NCBI GenBank assembly: GCA_965637545.1 | Contig: OZ281497.1 | Coordinates: 17,732,001 to 17,796,000 of the forward strand | Direction of reading: 5' to 3' | Length of the DNA stretch: 64,000 nt | DNA from: Phallusia mammillata | Lineage: Eukaryota | In this document: positions 27,401 through 40,190 of the stretch, piece after piece | How positions within the stretch are numbered: position 1 is the stretch's first letter | Layout: each line of letters opens with the position of its first letter | Made by a program: the position numbers and the translations under genes | Notes under the pieces: model-generated | What the model was told of the DNA's origin: nothing | Database searches by the model: none | The model's input: the letters and a program-made list of their open reading frames with translations, nothing else

Positions 27401-30400
27401 CGTACTTATATTGATATGAAATTAGTATACAATTCAACGTGTTTACGAAACCTTATGGAAACACATTTTTTCGTACTTAATTTACCGAAAAATTTACGTC
27501 TATTCCTTAAATGTTTTCGATGTAGTAACTTGCTCAACGTGTATAAACGAGGTGATTAAAGCATCATTACAACACAAAGGTCTTAGTATCGTTGCTACAT
27601 TCGTTTATTAAGCCTGTTATCTATACTAAACAGGCAGAAGAAAAGTTCACGCAAGGACGAGGTGGTGAACCCGTTTGAAGTTCGCATGATGATGTCTGAT
27701 ATCAGTCCAGCTCATACTTACCTGCAGAGTAACAATTCACAAGATGCACCAGTTGAACGTCAACAGCTCATGCCAGTCCCCGACGTTGTGGGCTACGAGG
27801 CACACGGTATGTTTAATAGCATAACATACAGCGTTACCTAATATATATTAAATTTGAAACAATGTGTTTGATTTACCTGGGTTTTAGTGTGAAACTGTTC
27901 TTTAACTCACGAAATGTGTCGTGTTTCTTAATAACACCATTTTTAATAACACATGAGCTATTAGCGTGCGTGTTTCCACCTAAGTTTTTACAAACTGGGT
28001 TTCAAATCAGCTTCGTGTAGCCAATGATAAAAAAATTTCGTCTTAAATCCTGTTAAAGTTAAAGAGTATGAAATTTTTTTTTCTCAGTCATATGATTTAT
28101 GGTTACCTGAAGCTGGTTTGCAAATCCTCTGTATTTGGCTGCACCTACAAAATTGCTGTTAAGTATTGGTTTGTTTTAACCCTACTTTTGTATTTTTGCT
28201 TTCATCAGGATTCCACCAGTTGTGTAAGTATCCACATCTACGTCGAAGTTGGCCTCGTAACGTTTTTGTGTGTTCGTAATTGTGTGCAATTTACGTTTTG
28301 CAAATGTGCACCCCAGTGTGAATCGCATGCTGCTGCTGTCTGTTGTGGCGAGTGACGTAAACGCTATGACGTAGAAGTTAGCGATCGGCTTTGTAGAACC
28401 ACGTGATATTAGATAGTTGCGCTAAACAAGGTGTTTGCTTGGTAAATGGGGTTTTGCTAAAGTATGTAGAAAGATAACTAACATTAAACAGTTTTTACAC
28501 ACAAAGTGCTTACAGTCAATGACTATTGTTCGCCAGTTAAACTTTACAGCAACAATTATTGTAGACATATTTCGAACCGATCATTAGCACTTACTCTATT
28601 ATTGTTTAGTTGTCAAAAAGTAGATCTGCAACAATTACTGTGACCCCTTATATCATTCAAACGGCAATTACAGTTACAGTAATGCAACATTACTTCGCTC
28701 ATTACGTAAAAGCCTGCATTGTATCGTCACAAGGGCTTTTACGGATAAGCCCTGAAATGTGGCAATTAAGCAAATCCAGCAGGTTTGCCCGACAGACGCG
28801 AGGTACTTGTTCGCACTTAGTAGCTACACTTGCCAGCCGTCTTCGTAAGCTCGCGTAATTGCTCGAGCCGCGTTTAATACCGTAATTGCTACCGCGTGCC
28901 ATTCCACTGGCCAATGCTAGTATGGGTTACAGTGAACCTTTTCGGTATGGAGTATATGTCCAGACGCCAGTTTAAGTGTTGTGTCGTGCTGTGTAACGCA
29001 ATCCGTTCGTTCGATTGCCGATTGATTTGTCTATTTGTTTGTCACCTTTGATGTTGATCACAAAGGTTGACAACACAACCGATTGATTATTTTTTATGTT
29101 TGACCTGATTTTCGAATCGATTTTCTGTGTATTATAATTTGCTTCACACGCTATAGAACATATCCGCATAATTCGTTCGGCTTTTTGTCGCACGGAAGGT
29201 GTTTTAAAACCAATTACGTTTGTTGTGATCAAAAGAAAGGTTTATCACACTAATTCAATGAATTTGTTTATACACCTCAACCCTTTTTAGCTTTTTTACC
29301 AGAAACCACTGATTTTGCTCAGTATAAAATACTTTTAAACACAAAATAAGGACAAGCTCAATCAACAATCTAATCACAATTAATGCTTCATTGAATTTAT
29401 TTCAGTTTTTAACAAAGATATTTTTGACACAGATGTGATGGAAAAAGGATCAGAAAACGGTGGCACTGGTTACGGTGGCGCCTCTAGTGACGAGCGTTTC
29501 GCTGTTCGTGTCGACGATTTTCACGTTCACGTATCACAGATGAAAGCTACTGGTGGTTATGGATTCCGCGAGGAATTTGCTGCTTTGCCAGACGGTCAAA
29601 CGGCTCCATGGACGATTGCGGAAAACCCACAAAACAGAGTAAGTTGTTTTTGCTTGAAAACAACGTTTTTGTTGTAAATTCTCCTTTTCACACACAGGTT
29701 TAAGTTTCGAAAAGTTTGGAAATATTTGAAAATCATCGTTAATATTTAAGGGGAACTTTAACCCATTGTGAAACGATACATTAGTCTTTGCTCCCAACAA
29801 TGAAAAATTGTGCTTTAAATCGCACCAGTGGTCCCCATTTGTGTTTGTTTGGGGTGCACTATGTTGGCATATTTATCACTTTTTTAATCGAATAAAAAAC
29901 GTCATTTTTCATAGTTTGTCCAAATAAACAATTTAAATTGAATAAATAATTAATGGCTTAACAGACTACAGGAATCACACTGCACTATTGTAAATTCCAA
30001 GTTGTTTGTTGTTGTGCACTCGTCTTAAACGCTGATGATTTCATATTAAACCCAGACGAAAAACCGGTACGGCAACGTGATGGCATACGACCACAGTCGC
30101 GTTGTGCTCGACCCAGTGCCAGGACATGAGGATGAATATACGGGAGATTATATAAACGCTTCGTTCGTCAACGGCTACCGTTCCCCTGCGACATACATAG
30201 CAACACAAGCCCCTACTGACGACACCGTCAACGATTTCTGGTGGATGATATGGCAAGAAGGCAGTAGTATTATCGTCATGGTGACCAACCTCGTCGAGCT
30301 GAGCAAAAAGAAATCGGTCAAGTATTGGCCTGATGAGTGCGACACTTATGGAAGTGTGCAGGTTTCACTCAGCTCTGAGGAGCGAACTGCTGACTATGTC

Positions 30401-33400
30401 ATCCGTTCGTTCATCTTGCAACAGGTAAATTCAAATCAACTACATGCATTTTTTGTTTACAGTTTTGTACTATATGTAGTATGGTTGAACTGAACGGGCG
30501 GTGCATACGTTTATCGGTTTAACAGTCAACTTGTGTGTTTACAGTCTGGAGGTTACGATGCGCGTGAGGTGAAACAATACCATTTCACGTCATGGCCGGA
30601 TCACGGTGTCCCATCCCGACCAACCAACCTATTGTCATACATAAGAAGAGTAAAGTCGTACGAGCCACCAGGTAATTTCACTGACCCTAAATATGTTATA
30701 TCAACCTATGTTTTACCTCATTGCTTTAGTTTGAAAAATGGGTGATTCGCTTCCTCTATTTATCTTACCATGCTCAATGTACGTTTTAGCACAATAACGA
30801 TAGTAAGGGGCAAGGCTCTGGTACATTTTATAAATATTGAGACCAACCTTAAAATGTAGCAGTAATTACACTGCATCGAGTGACCAGTCATGTTACCAAA
30901 AATGTGTATTATTTGACGTGCACAGCTTTTTTCACCTACTGTTCATCATGTTACCTCAGGTCAAGGTCCTACTGTGGTCCACTGCAGCGCAGGTTCGGGT
31001 CGCACTGGTTGTTACATCACAATCGACATGATGCTGGATATGGCGCGTGAAGAGGAGATAGTTGACATCCACAACACTGTACGCGATCTGCGGACTCGAC
31101 GAATCAACATGGTACAAACCGAGGTAAGACCTTCGTCGCTTGACCAAAGTTCAGCATTTTGTAACGCTTTTGTATGCTGATTCAGGAGCAGTACGTGTTT
31201 ATCCATGAAGCGGTTCTCGAGGCTTTGTTGTGTGGCGAAACTTCTGTTAGCGCCGAAATGCTCGTTCAACATTATGATGACCTCATCACTGTCGACCCCC
31301 AATCCCACTTTGCTCCAATACAAGAAGAATTTGAGGTGAGATAAAAATACCTCTTTGTTGATTTGTTCAGTTTGGGGCTTTCGTGCAAGATCTGTAAAAT
31401 CATAATCTTTGCCCTTGAGTTGGAAACACACATATTTGGGTTGAAAATACACGAAAATGGCATAATATAGCATAATATAAGATGCTTCTGGTTGTTATTT
31501 TCCGTCATGTATTTTTCCCAAAATACAAACCAAGAACAACGTTGTTTTTTGGCAGACATTGAATGTGATCACGCCCAAGTTGAGCGAAGAAGAATGCACA
31601 GTGGCTCGTTTGCCTCGTAACAGGGCCAGTAATCGATTTATGGACGTTTTACCAGCAGACCGACATCTCGCCTACCTTTCCACACCTGATCCTATGGATC
31701 GAGACAATAACTACATTAACGCCGTATTTGTCGACGTGAGTACAAAAAATGTCTGATTTACCACGCGCAAAGAAACGCTTACCAAAACTTTGTGTAAAAC
31801 GAATACTCACCTATGAGCTTGAACCTAAACTGCGTTTTTGCGTTTTACAGAGTTACACGACGCAGAATCAGTTCCTGGTGACGCAGATGCCCCTTCCTAA
31901 TACAGTGAATGATATTTGGAGACTTATCTATGATCACAACTGTAACTCGATCGTCATGATGAACGACCAGACCGAACATGACGAGGTGTGTTACGTCACA
32001 AACCTAGTTTTTGTCTGTGAAACACGTGCTCAAAGCAAATATTTCAATGTAAGGTGAAAGATTCATGGTAAAATGAGAGTGAGAACAATTCGACCCCAAA
32101 TTGAACGTTAATAAAATGAGTACACTAACAGTATCAACCTCTATGTTTAAAAACAAGGTCATGTAGCAGACAAAATTAATTTTCCAATCTCGGTCACACC
32201 ATGTGATCCCTCGTGGCTTCATAACGCCTCGTTCTTTTGACGCAAATACTCCCATGACAATCGAATAAATCCAGAACATTGTACAACAGCACATTATTAA
32301 CATCACAAGCAAAGCCGCGAACATTAAAATCGCATCGTCATGCTTGCCTTCTGTCGCCCTAGTGATGCCATAATGCTGTGTCACCCGCTGTTAATGAGGT
32401 GCGGGATTTCCTCCCAGTTGGACGTCGCACATTAGTTTGGTTCTGACCGGATTTTGCGCTGAGCTAAGCATGTCACCATGGAACGGATTTTCCCAGCACT
32501 TTGCTAAATGTGCAGGAATGATCACATTTATGTTATTGCTTAGTCCGTATCCCTGACTATGTGAATAACCCAATTAATAATAGAATTTTAGTAACGTATT
32601 AAAAATCATCAAAATATAACAAACTCATTATACCAAAAGGGCGAAAATTGTAATTTACGCGTTGCAAACAAATTGTCCCTCACCCGTTGTTTTTCGTCGC
32701 ATAATTTGAAATCAACACTCTCAATCATGTATAATGCCAACGGCGTATTACATATAATTTCAATGGCCCTTTTTACAGAATTGCCTTCAGTATTGGCCTG
32801 AGAGCGGCACGAAAACATACGGTCCATTTACTGTGGAACTTCTCACCAAAGACGATGAGGTTGATGTTGTTTCTCGTCTCTTCAAACTCCAGAACATGTC
32901 CAGGGTAAGCCTCATAAATTCTCTACATTTTGCAAACCCCAAAACTGATTTCATATTTTATAAATGAACCATTTATTTTTCGATAATTTAACAGTTTTAT
33001 GTATTGTATTCTCACAGCAAGGCGAGGGCTTCCGTTTGGTGCAACAGTTCCAATTGACAAACTGGCCGGGAAGTCAACCTGTTCCCTTCTCCCGAAATGC
33101 AGTGCTTCGTGTTGTGCAGCTCGCCACCAAGTGGCAGAGTGAGTGTGCCAGGAACGGCGACCGCGGACGAGTAGCTGTGCACTGTGTGTAAGTAAACGAT
33201 TCCACGTTTGAACACTTTTGACGTTATTTGATATAGCAGAAGCACTATGTGTCGCAATCTTCTTATATGTATATTATCACTGTGAAAGTAAACTCACAAA
33301 ACAGATACGCGAATGCTTAACACACAGTACAAGGTGTTTTTCAGTACAATATTAGCAAACTTGTATAAATACCAGTCTTCAACGTTGATTGTAGCAATGC

Positions 33401-33932
33401 AAGAGGTAATGGAATCATATTTATAAAACCTGTTTGTGTGTATACAGGGCGGGTGCTGGTCGCAGTGGAACCTTTGTGGCTTGTCACAACATGTGTGAGC
33501 AGATGAGACAGGAGTTCAGTGTCGATGTTTTCAACATTGTGCAGAGGTTACGCAACATCAGACCACAGCTTGTCGAAACCCTGGTAAATTGGGCAAATAG
33601 TTGTGCAATTGTGCAGTGTTTTTTGTTTTTTTGATAATGTAATAGCACTGGATAAAAATATAAATAGCACCAAAATTCAGCTTTTATAGCAGTAGAAAGA
33701 CCCTAAATTGTAACCTTTTGTAAAAATACTTAATGCTAGATGAAAAAGAACGGCATCTTATTTGCAATCCTAGTTTTTCTTGGCTGAATGACACTAATGT
33801 GAAGTTATTCGCCCCAAACTTGAATCAAATACCCTTTAAGACAGTTCTAGCATTTAACTGACCACTGCTTTTGTTTTGTAGGAACAATACCGTTTCTGTT
33901 ACGAGGTGGGCATTGAATTCGCCGACCAGTAG
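15500..33932 (+). CDS. PTPRM: Receptor-type tyrosine phosphatase, R2B subfamily (co-orthologue-like to PTPRM/K/T/U): signal peptide, MAM, Ig, 4 FN3, TM, D1, D2
   Basis: 29 in-phase exons: 15500-15590, 17146-17321, 17497-17715, 17881-17962, 18035-18221, 18288-18388, 18661-18807, 19994-20211, 20273-20395, 20853-20976, 21342-21454, 23250-23448, 25639-25784, 25902-25959, 26263-26477, 26699-26849, 27087-27327, 27634-27806, 29433-29638, 30056-30424, 30545-30671, 30960-31123, 31186-31335, 31556-31735, 31851-31985, 32779-32904, 33018-33187, 33448-33583, 33882-33932. Motifs: MAM CEFE..C.Y.Q...NFDW; Ig [15 protein letters not shown] and DAGYYRCV; D1 [22 protein letters not shown]; D2 VHCVAGAGRSG. Confidence 0.96.
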
Positions 33933-34995
33933 ACGTATACTGATATCAACGGCAAAATTTATCACAAAGCATCCGCAAGATGGCAGTATCGGTCCAGTGG
34001 TGTGTGGATGGTTACGGACGTCAGTAAAATCACAATATCAATTTCGACCAATTCGGTTGTGTGCCAAATATGTTCGTTGCCATAAAGGGTTGGAAAGCAA
34101 ACTCCCATTTTTTTTACTTCTCACATTAAGCTAGTTGCTCATGAAATATTTTAACCGGTTTATTGCTGCAGTTCATACACGGGCAAAACACGCATGTGCA
34201 TGAATGCTAGAAGATATGCATTTGGGTTAAGGACCCTAAACATCTGATACTATTTTGTTCAAGCCATTGTAGCCTTTAATGGGCGATAAAAAATTCATGA
34301 AATCGACCAAAATCGTGTGAGGCTATTTACAGAAGCGTTTACAATCAATTTCAACTGGACCAAAATGCCGATTTATTATTGTGCGTTGACTGCAATTAAC
34401 CAGCAACCCAGAACTTCCTTTACCATTGTGATGAAAAATTTGTTTTTCTCAATCACGGTGGTTTCCCGTGCAACCGCCTACTGTGACGTCATTGTTGTGT
34501 GTGCGGCTGCAAGTAGGCTGTGCTGTGGGCAGGGGTTGTCTAAGACTCAAAACCATATGCTTGTCGCTTTTAGCTATGCCAGCTGTTTGTTTAAATCGTG
34601 TTATGCTGGTCTCAGCCGGAACTGAGTCCACTTTGTTTGTTTTCGTGAATTTTATTTCATTTCTAATCAGTTTTTTTTGTTTCTGCGCTTGTCAACGTGG
34701 AAGTTTTTTGCCTTGTTTATTGTTTGGTGAGCAAGCTTCGCATGAAATATTTCGTCGACTCTGTTTTACGTGACTGCTGCAACTACGGTGCACGCTTGGC
34801 GTTAGAAAAATGCAATCGTCTTAATGTACCGCTAATAATAAAAATCCTCGATTCAGAAGACTCTTCTCTTGTCGTCACACCCAAACAGGTCCTGTACACT
34901 TATGCTTGTCCCGAATATAAGAGATTAATTTTACGGTCGTCAGGTTTCTTTTTATTTAGATCCTCCAAAAAATTATATATAATACATTTATTGTG

Positions 34996-35147
34996 TACGG
35001 TGACCCATAAGGGCAAAAAGTTTAAATCGCGAGATATATTTTAAAATCGACAACTACATTCCGATCGGGATTTCAATGTTCGACGAACGGCATTCAAAAT
35101 TCGCCGACCGGGATTTCAATTTTTCCCTATCGGGATTTCTATATTGG
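34996..35147 (+). mobile_element. Left inverted repeat of a putative composite element, partner of 41826-42007
   Basis: The terminal 21-mer tacggtgacccataagggcaa matches the reverse complement of 41987-42007 at 19/21. 35039-35076 is a perfect 38-nt inverted match to 41919-41956. It has four ~22-bp ccgatcgggatttcaatattcg-like subrepeats. Confidence 0.8.
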
Positions 35148-35817
35148 ATGAGAGAAGGTTTTATTGCAATATCCTCCAATAACGTGTATATTTTGCTCCT
35201 AGGTTTGTGACAAACTGAACAAAAGAAGATAAAAACTATTAGTATTACCGTATTTATTCGGTTGTATATAAATTTTCCGATTTGTATAAAGCGACTTATA
35301 AAGATTTTACCCATCCATCACACCGATATTATTTCTACACCCATACTTTTGGATTGGTTTCGCTTTCCAAACACTTTTGCTATACGCTCTGCTGGGTCAA
35401 TTACTTGCGTGATACTATGTAGCAACATAAAGAAGTTTTAGTACCAAACATCACAAAATGCGGCTTACATTATTTTTGGAACCTTAACAGCCACATTGAC
35501 AATTAAGTAAGTACGGCTTTTGTCTGATTTTAGACGTTAACTGAATTAAACAAAAGCAAATACAACTCGTCGCAAAGCATTTTGGTAATTACGCTATAAA
35601 AATTTAACTGGGTATAAGGCTCGTAGTTAGGCATTAATAAATTTTTGTTATTTTAGGATCCGAATTTTTTAATTTTAGCATCATAAGTGTCGTATAAACC
35701 AATAGACAACCTTAGCAAAACATATATTCCCCGAGTAAACACTCTTGTTAGTATTTATTTACAGCTATTTTACAGTAAACCGCAAAAACCACCAGATGAT
35801 TGGGAAAAATTGTGCAT

Positions 35818-37431
35818 TCAGTCGTTTTTCTTGAGTTTTCGAAGTTTAATGTTAATGCCGTTTTCTGATCGCAATATAAGCCTTGGGATCATCCTGGGTT
35901 TTGGAGTTTCCTCGTCAACAAAAAGTTCGAATTTGCGCAGGATCAGACTTATTGTCACTTTCAATTCGTTCATTGCAAAAGTTTTGCCAATGCAATTGCG
36001 AGGACCGGCTGAAAACGCAACAAATGCTGTCGGGTGCATTTTCGCAACATTTTCGGGCAAAAATCGATCTGGATCGTACTGTTCCGGATTATCCCACACC
36101 TCTTGATTTCTATGAACGGCCCACAGATTAACCAGCACTGTGGTGTTTGGATAAACATCCATTTTACCACCCGGACTGCCTTTGTTAGCAAAAGTCATTT
36201 TTTCTTCCGGTGACCTTGCGATGACCTGTACAGGAGTATGCAGTCTTAAGCTTTCTTTGATGCACATCGTCAAGTATAATAGCTTGTTAATATCACCCCA
36301 TTCCATCTCTTCTTTGTCACCCATAACATCAAAAATCTCTTCGCGACAGCGTTGTTGGTAACCAGGATGTCGTGCCAAGTTGTAGAGAATCCACGAAATT
36401 GCGCTGGATGTTGTGTCATGCCCTTCAAACAGAAATGTGTCGACCTCATCTCGTATCTCACTGTCGTTTAAACCCTTCCCTTCGTCATCTTTCGATCGCA
36501 ACAAGATATCAATAAAGTCCAAACGGCCTTTCTTCTTTGTGCCAATATCATTGTAGTCAAAATCCAGCGGTTTCTGGTCTTCAGGTGTCAAATGAGACAA
36601 AGCAACTCTTCTTTCTTTGGTAAGTCTTTCTGCTTCCGAATGCACGTAATCCAGAGCTCGTTTAAATCGACGCCCAGGCGGACTGAGCCAAAACACCCAG
36701 TCGATTTGTAATAACACGCTGTTAACACGATCCACAACAATTTCAGCCAGATCAGTTACCGCTTGCACGTAACGATTTTCTGAATCCATCTGGCAGTTAG
36801 TTTCCGTCGACATTGCGCACTGAAGCATGACGTCCAAGGTCATCTGGGCTACGTCAGAGCTCACTTCGATCATTGCATTTTCTTTTCTTGCCTCCCATTT
36901 GGCTATCATAACTGAGGCGCAGTGATTGTAGACTTTCATGTAAGATTTCAGGACTTGGAAGTGAAAAGCGGACGTCAACAGCTTTCGATGACGTTTCCAC
37001 TTGTCTCCCGATGACGTCAGTAAACCGTCACCAATCCAAGGTCGCAAATATCTGTAGACAAACTCATCTTTTGGGGCTGAACTCAATAGTACTGTGCCGA
37101 CCGTAGTTGGCCTGTAGGGCTCGACAAACACTTTTACAGGTCCAACCCAAGTCACTAACATGTCTCCGCATTTTCGTACCCAATCAAGTCGGCATTTAAA
37201 ACCTTTCTCATCCGGTGTAAGAAGTTGCAAATGACCCCAGAACGGATGACGGGGTGGTGAACATCCTCTACTACTTAAGTCTGCGCTTTCCCTGTACGCT
37301 AAGTACAGAGGGCGTATCCAATGCTGGAAAATGTACACGCATGCTAAAAGGAACACGGTATCGCCAAGTAGAGAAGAAAAAATGTAACCAGTCCCACTAT
37401 TCAAGAACAACGGAGGCAAATCTGAAAACAT
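35818..37431 (-). CDS. CYP4: Cytochrome P450 family 4 (CYP4F-like), single coding exon, 537 aa
   Basis: Uninterrupted ORF from ATG 37431 to stop 35818. N-terminal hydrophobic anchor, PP..HPFWGHL, I-helix EVDTFLFEGHDTT, KESLR (ExxR), DPDRFLPE, heme motif FSAGPRNCIG. AATAAA on the minus strand at 35754-35759. Confidence 0.97.
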   Translation of the reverse strand: MFSDLPPLFLNSGTGYIFSSLLGDTVFLLACVYIFQHWIRPLYLAYRESADLSSRGCSPPRHPFWGHLQLLTPDEKGFKCRLDWVRKCGDMLVTWVGPVKVFVEPYRPTTVGTVLLSSAPKDEFVYRYLRPWIGDGLLTSSGDKWKRHRKLLTSAFHFQVLKSYMKVYNHCASVMIAKWEARKENAMIEVSSDVAQMTLDVMLQCAMSTETNCQMDSENRYVQAVTDLAEIVVDRVNSVLLQIDWVFWLSPPGRRFKRALDYVHSEAERLTKERRVALSHLTPEDQKPLDFDYNDIGTKKKGRLDFIDILLRSKDDEGKGLNDSEIRDEVDTFLFEGHDTTSSAISWILYNLARHPGYQQRCREEIFDVMGDKEEMEWGDINKLLYLTMCIKESLRLHTPVQVIARSPEEKMTFANKGSPGGKMDVYPNTTVLVNLWAVHRNQEVWDNPEQYDPDRFLPENVAKMHPTAFVAFSAGPRNCIGKTFAMNELKVTISLILRKFELFVDEETPKPRMIPRLILRSENGINIKLRKLKKND

Positions 37432-38819
37432 CTTAAGCACCTGTTAACAACATATTTGCATTTTAAAAACCATAACATAAATGTTTCTTGTGGAGTTTTG
37501 TAGTGTATAGTACTTGGTGTAATTTCATATTGGCAAAGCCGTTTGAGTAAAAACCATTAGAATTTATGATAAACCTAAACCAGGGCTACTCAAATGGCGG
37601 ACCGCGGTCCATATCCGGACCTTTGGGGCGTTGGATGTGGACCTCGACGGTCTTTTAATTAAATGCGACCGCATACACTATATTGTGTGTTAAGTTCTTG
37701 ATCGTTGCTATGTAGGGACAGTTGACTCGAATGCGCATAGCGATTCTCGGAGTACTGTGAGGAACCTGAAGTATTTCCAAAATCTTTAAAGGTCAGATTG
37801 TGCAATTAACTTTCTGACAACAAAATGGTCCTTTATTCCACTACACTGTTAACAAAACGGCAATTGTTTGCGCACAATTGCATCTATGACGTAATAAACT
37901 GTATTTTGTATGTCGTTGTTGAGCCTTATGTTGCCGTTATAAATCTAATATATTGTCTTACGAATATCAGCTAGTAATTGAGTCTCATTTATTTCACACG
38001 CGAGCCATAAAGATCGCCTATTCTAAAGTAAAGTACAACGCCACTAGGGCTATTATCAAACAAATAATTATTTGAATATTGCAAAGTGTTGCAAACAACA
38101 CTGTTCGCAGATGACACTAATCTCATCATGACTGACAGGAGTTTAAGCAATCTGCAAATCAAAATAAACCAAGAATTAAAAAAAAATAGTTCAATGGTTA
38201 AGAGTAAATAAACTGACCCTAAACATTAGCAAAACATCTTACATGCTTGTGACAAAGCAGCCAAAAAATGATAACTTCTCGCTTCATCTTGGCAACAACA
38301 CTATATCTCGTCAATCAAAAATAAAATATCTAGGTGTTATTATAGATGACAAATTTAACTGGTCCGGGCACATAACTCAACTTCAAACACAACTTGCTAA
38401 ATATTCTGGTCTAATGTATAAACTAAGAAAATACGTTGATTTAAAAACCCTTAAAATTTTATATCATAGCCTTGTCTACTCAAAACTGCAATATGCCATC
38501 AGCTGCTGGGGGAGTGGGAATGCACCTGAACTTCACCAATTAAAAGTGTTGCAAAATAATATCTTGCGAATTATAACCTATAACAAAAGAATCTGCCACA
38601 TGACACCTATTTACAGAAAACTAAAAACTTTAAAACTTACCGATATCAACAAACTTCAAACAGCACAAATTATGCACAAATTTCATCACCATAAACTCCC
38701 CTCAACATTCGATGAGTTTTTCACAAAAATTTCACAGGTTCATTCCCACTCCACGAGACATGCTGATGGCGAAAACCTCTTTATCCCTAGATTTCAAACA
38801 ACCCTCGCCCAAAAGTCTC

Positions 38820-39553
38820 CCAGATTGGAAAGTTTTATTTTTGCGCGGAGGATATATTTTTTGTCAAAATAATTGCGCGGATTTTTGCGCGGAATTACAA
38901 TTTTCTGCGCGGATCGATATACTTTTGATTGACAGGTGGATTTAACGATTAACGTAATTTGTATGTAACGCCTGCAAGACTATCCAGCCGACAAAAAGAA
39001 CAACTAAATAAAGCAACAAACACGACGAGTCTTCAGTTTTGCTCTATTGCGCACGCAGCTGTTGCGCTAGATTCTACAATTTCTCATTTTCATAACGATT
39101 CATACATTTTGCTCATTTGTTTTGTGGGGGATAGTTTTTGATTGCCAAACTGCTCTTAACTGTTTTTAATTATTTGTCACACAGAAAACATTATTTCATG
39201 TAACTTGCCCAGCCGACAGTCACTTTAATAGTCAAACTACGTCCTAAAAATACAGATAAATGTACTTTTAACGACTACGTTAGCGAAACAGAAATGTTAT
39301 TTCAAGCGTGACGATCGGTAAGTTTTGATGTGCTTGACTGATTTACGTGGATTGTTCGCGAAATAAGGCTTGTGACGACATAGAACTTCATTGTAAAACG
39401 AAAATATAAAAGTTTAAAGAAAGTTTATTATAGTTACCTACAAAAGCTGTGCTAAGTTGCGCGGACAACATTTTTTTTTGCGCGGATTACACGTAAAAAG
39501 CCTAAATTTGCGCGGATTACAAGGGGAAATCCAAAATATTCTTTCCAATCTGG
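38820..39553. mobile_element. 734-bp MITE inserted in the LINE ORF
   Basis: Perfect 13-bp TIR ccagattggaaag / ctttccaatctgg. Perfect 8-bp TSD aaagtctc (38812-38819 and 39554-39561). Seven tgcgcgga subterminal motifs. Removing it restores the LINE frame (QKSL-HYRG). Confidence 0.92.
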
Positions 39554-39854
39554 AAAGTCTCTACATTACCGTGGTCCAAAAATTTGGAACAATATTCCTA
39601 CCAAAATTAAAAACCTTGGTTTACACTCATTTAAAGTTCAATTCAAGGCCACCTTATTGCAAAACTATCAATGTTGAAGGTCAAACCTGGTCAAACCAAT
39701 ATTGTTTACAAATCAAACCACGTGAATGTATCCTTGACTCCCTTATCAGTAGTTGGTTGTTATACGCACAACGGTTCGTGTTTAACAAGTATGTGATTTT
39801 GATAGTGTAATGCAAAGTTTGGATTATTTGTCTCGTGTTCATTATTTACACATG

Positions 39855-39858
<4 letters not shown>

Positions 39859-39888
<30 letters not shown>
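39859..39888. repeat. (TA)15 microsatellite
   Basis: Read directly from the sequence. Confidence 0.95.
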
Positions 39889-39892
<4 letters not shown>

Positions 39893-39930
39893 TATTTTTT
39901 TATCTTTATCCTTTGTCACAACTGTGCTGT

Positions 39931-40190
39931 TTTTTTAATTACTTCGACATCTTTGATGTTGTGTTACTTCGTGGGTCCATTTGTTGTTGTTGTTGTTTTA
40001 ATTACTTCGACGTCTTTGATGTTGNNNNNNNNNNNNNNNNNNNNNNNNNNNNNNNNNNNNNNNNNNNNNNNNNNNNNNNNNNNNNNNNNNNNNNNNNNNN
40101 NNNNNNNNNNNNNNNNNNNNNNNNNNNNNNNNNNNNNNNNNNNNNNNNNNNNNNNNNNNNNNNNNNNNNNNNNNNNNNNTTGCTTCGCGG
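39931..40190. repeat. Minisatellite (~64-bp unit) running into a 156-N assembly gap (40025-40180)
   Basis: ttttaattacttcgac(a/g)tctttgatgttg occurs twice immediately before the Ns. Confidence 0.75.

Noticed and set aside
31012-31473. 153-aa minus-strand ORF
   Set aside because: It is antisense to PTP D1 exons and crosses their introns, so it is a shadow of the real gene.
34996-35025. Resemblance of the IR ends to RAG/Transib recombination signals (TACGGTG vs CACAGTG, A-rich tract at different spacing on the two ends)
   Set aside because: Both ends start TAC, not the invariant CAC. The nonamer match is weak, there is no 5-bp TSD and no RAG/Transib ORF is present.
35818-37431. Bacterial contamination or horizontal transfer as the explanation for the intronless P450
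   Set aside because: It has a eukaryotic microsomal N-terminal anchor, animal CYP4 signature motifs and a polyA signal, and its composition is like the neighbouring exons.
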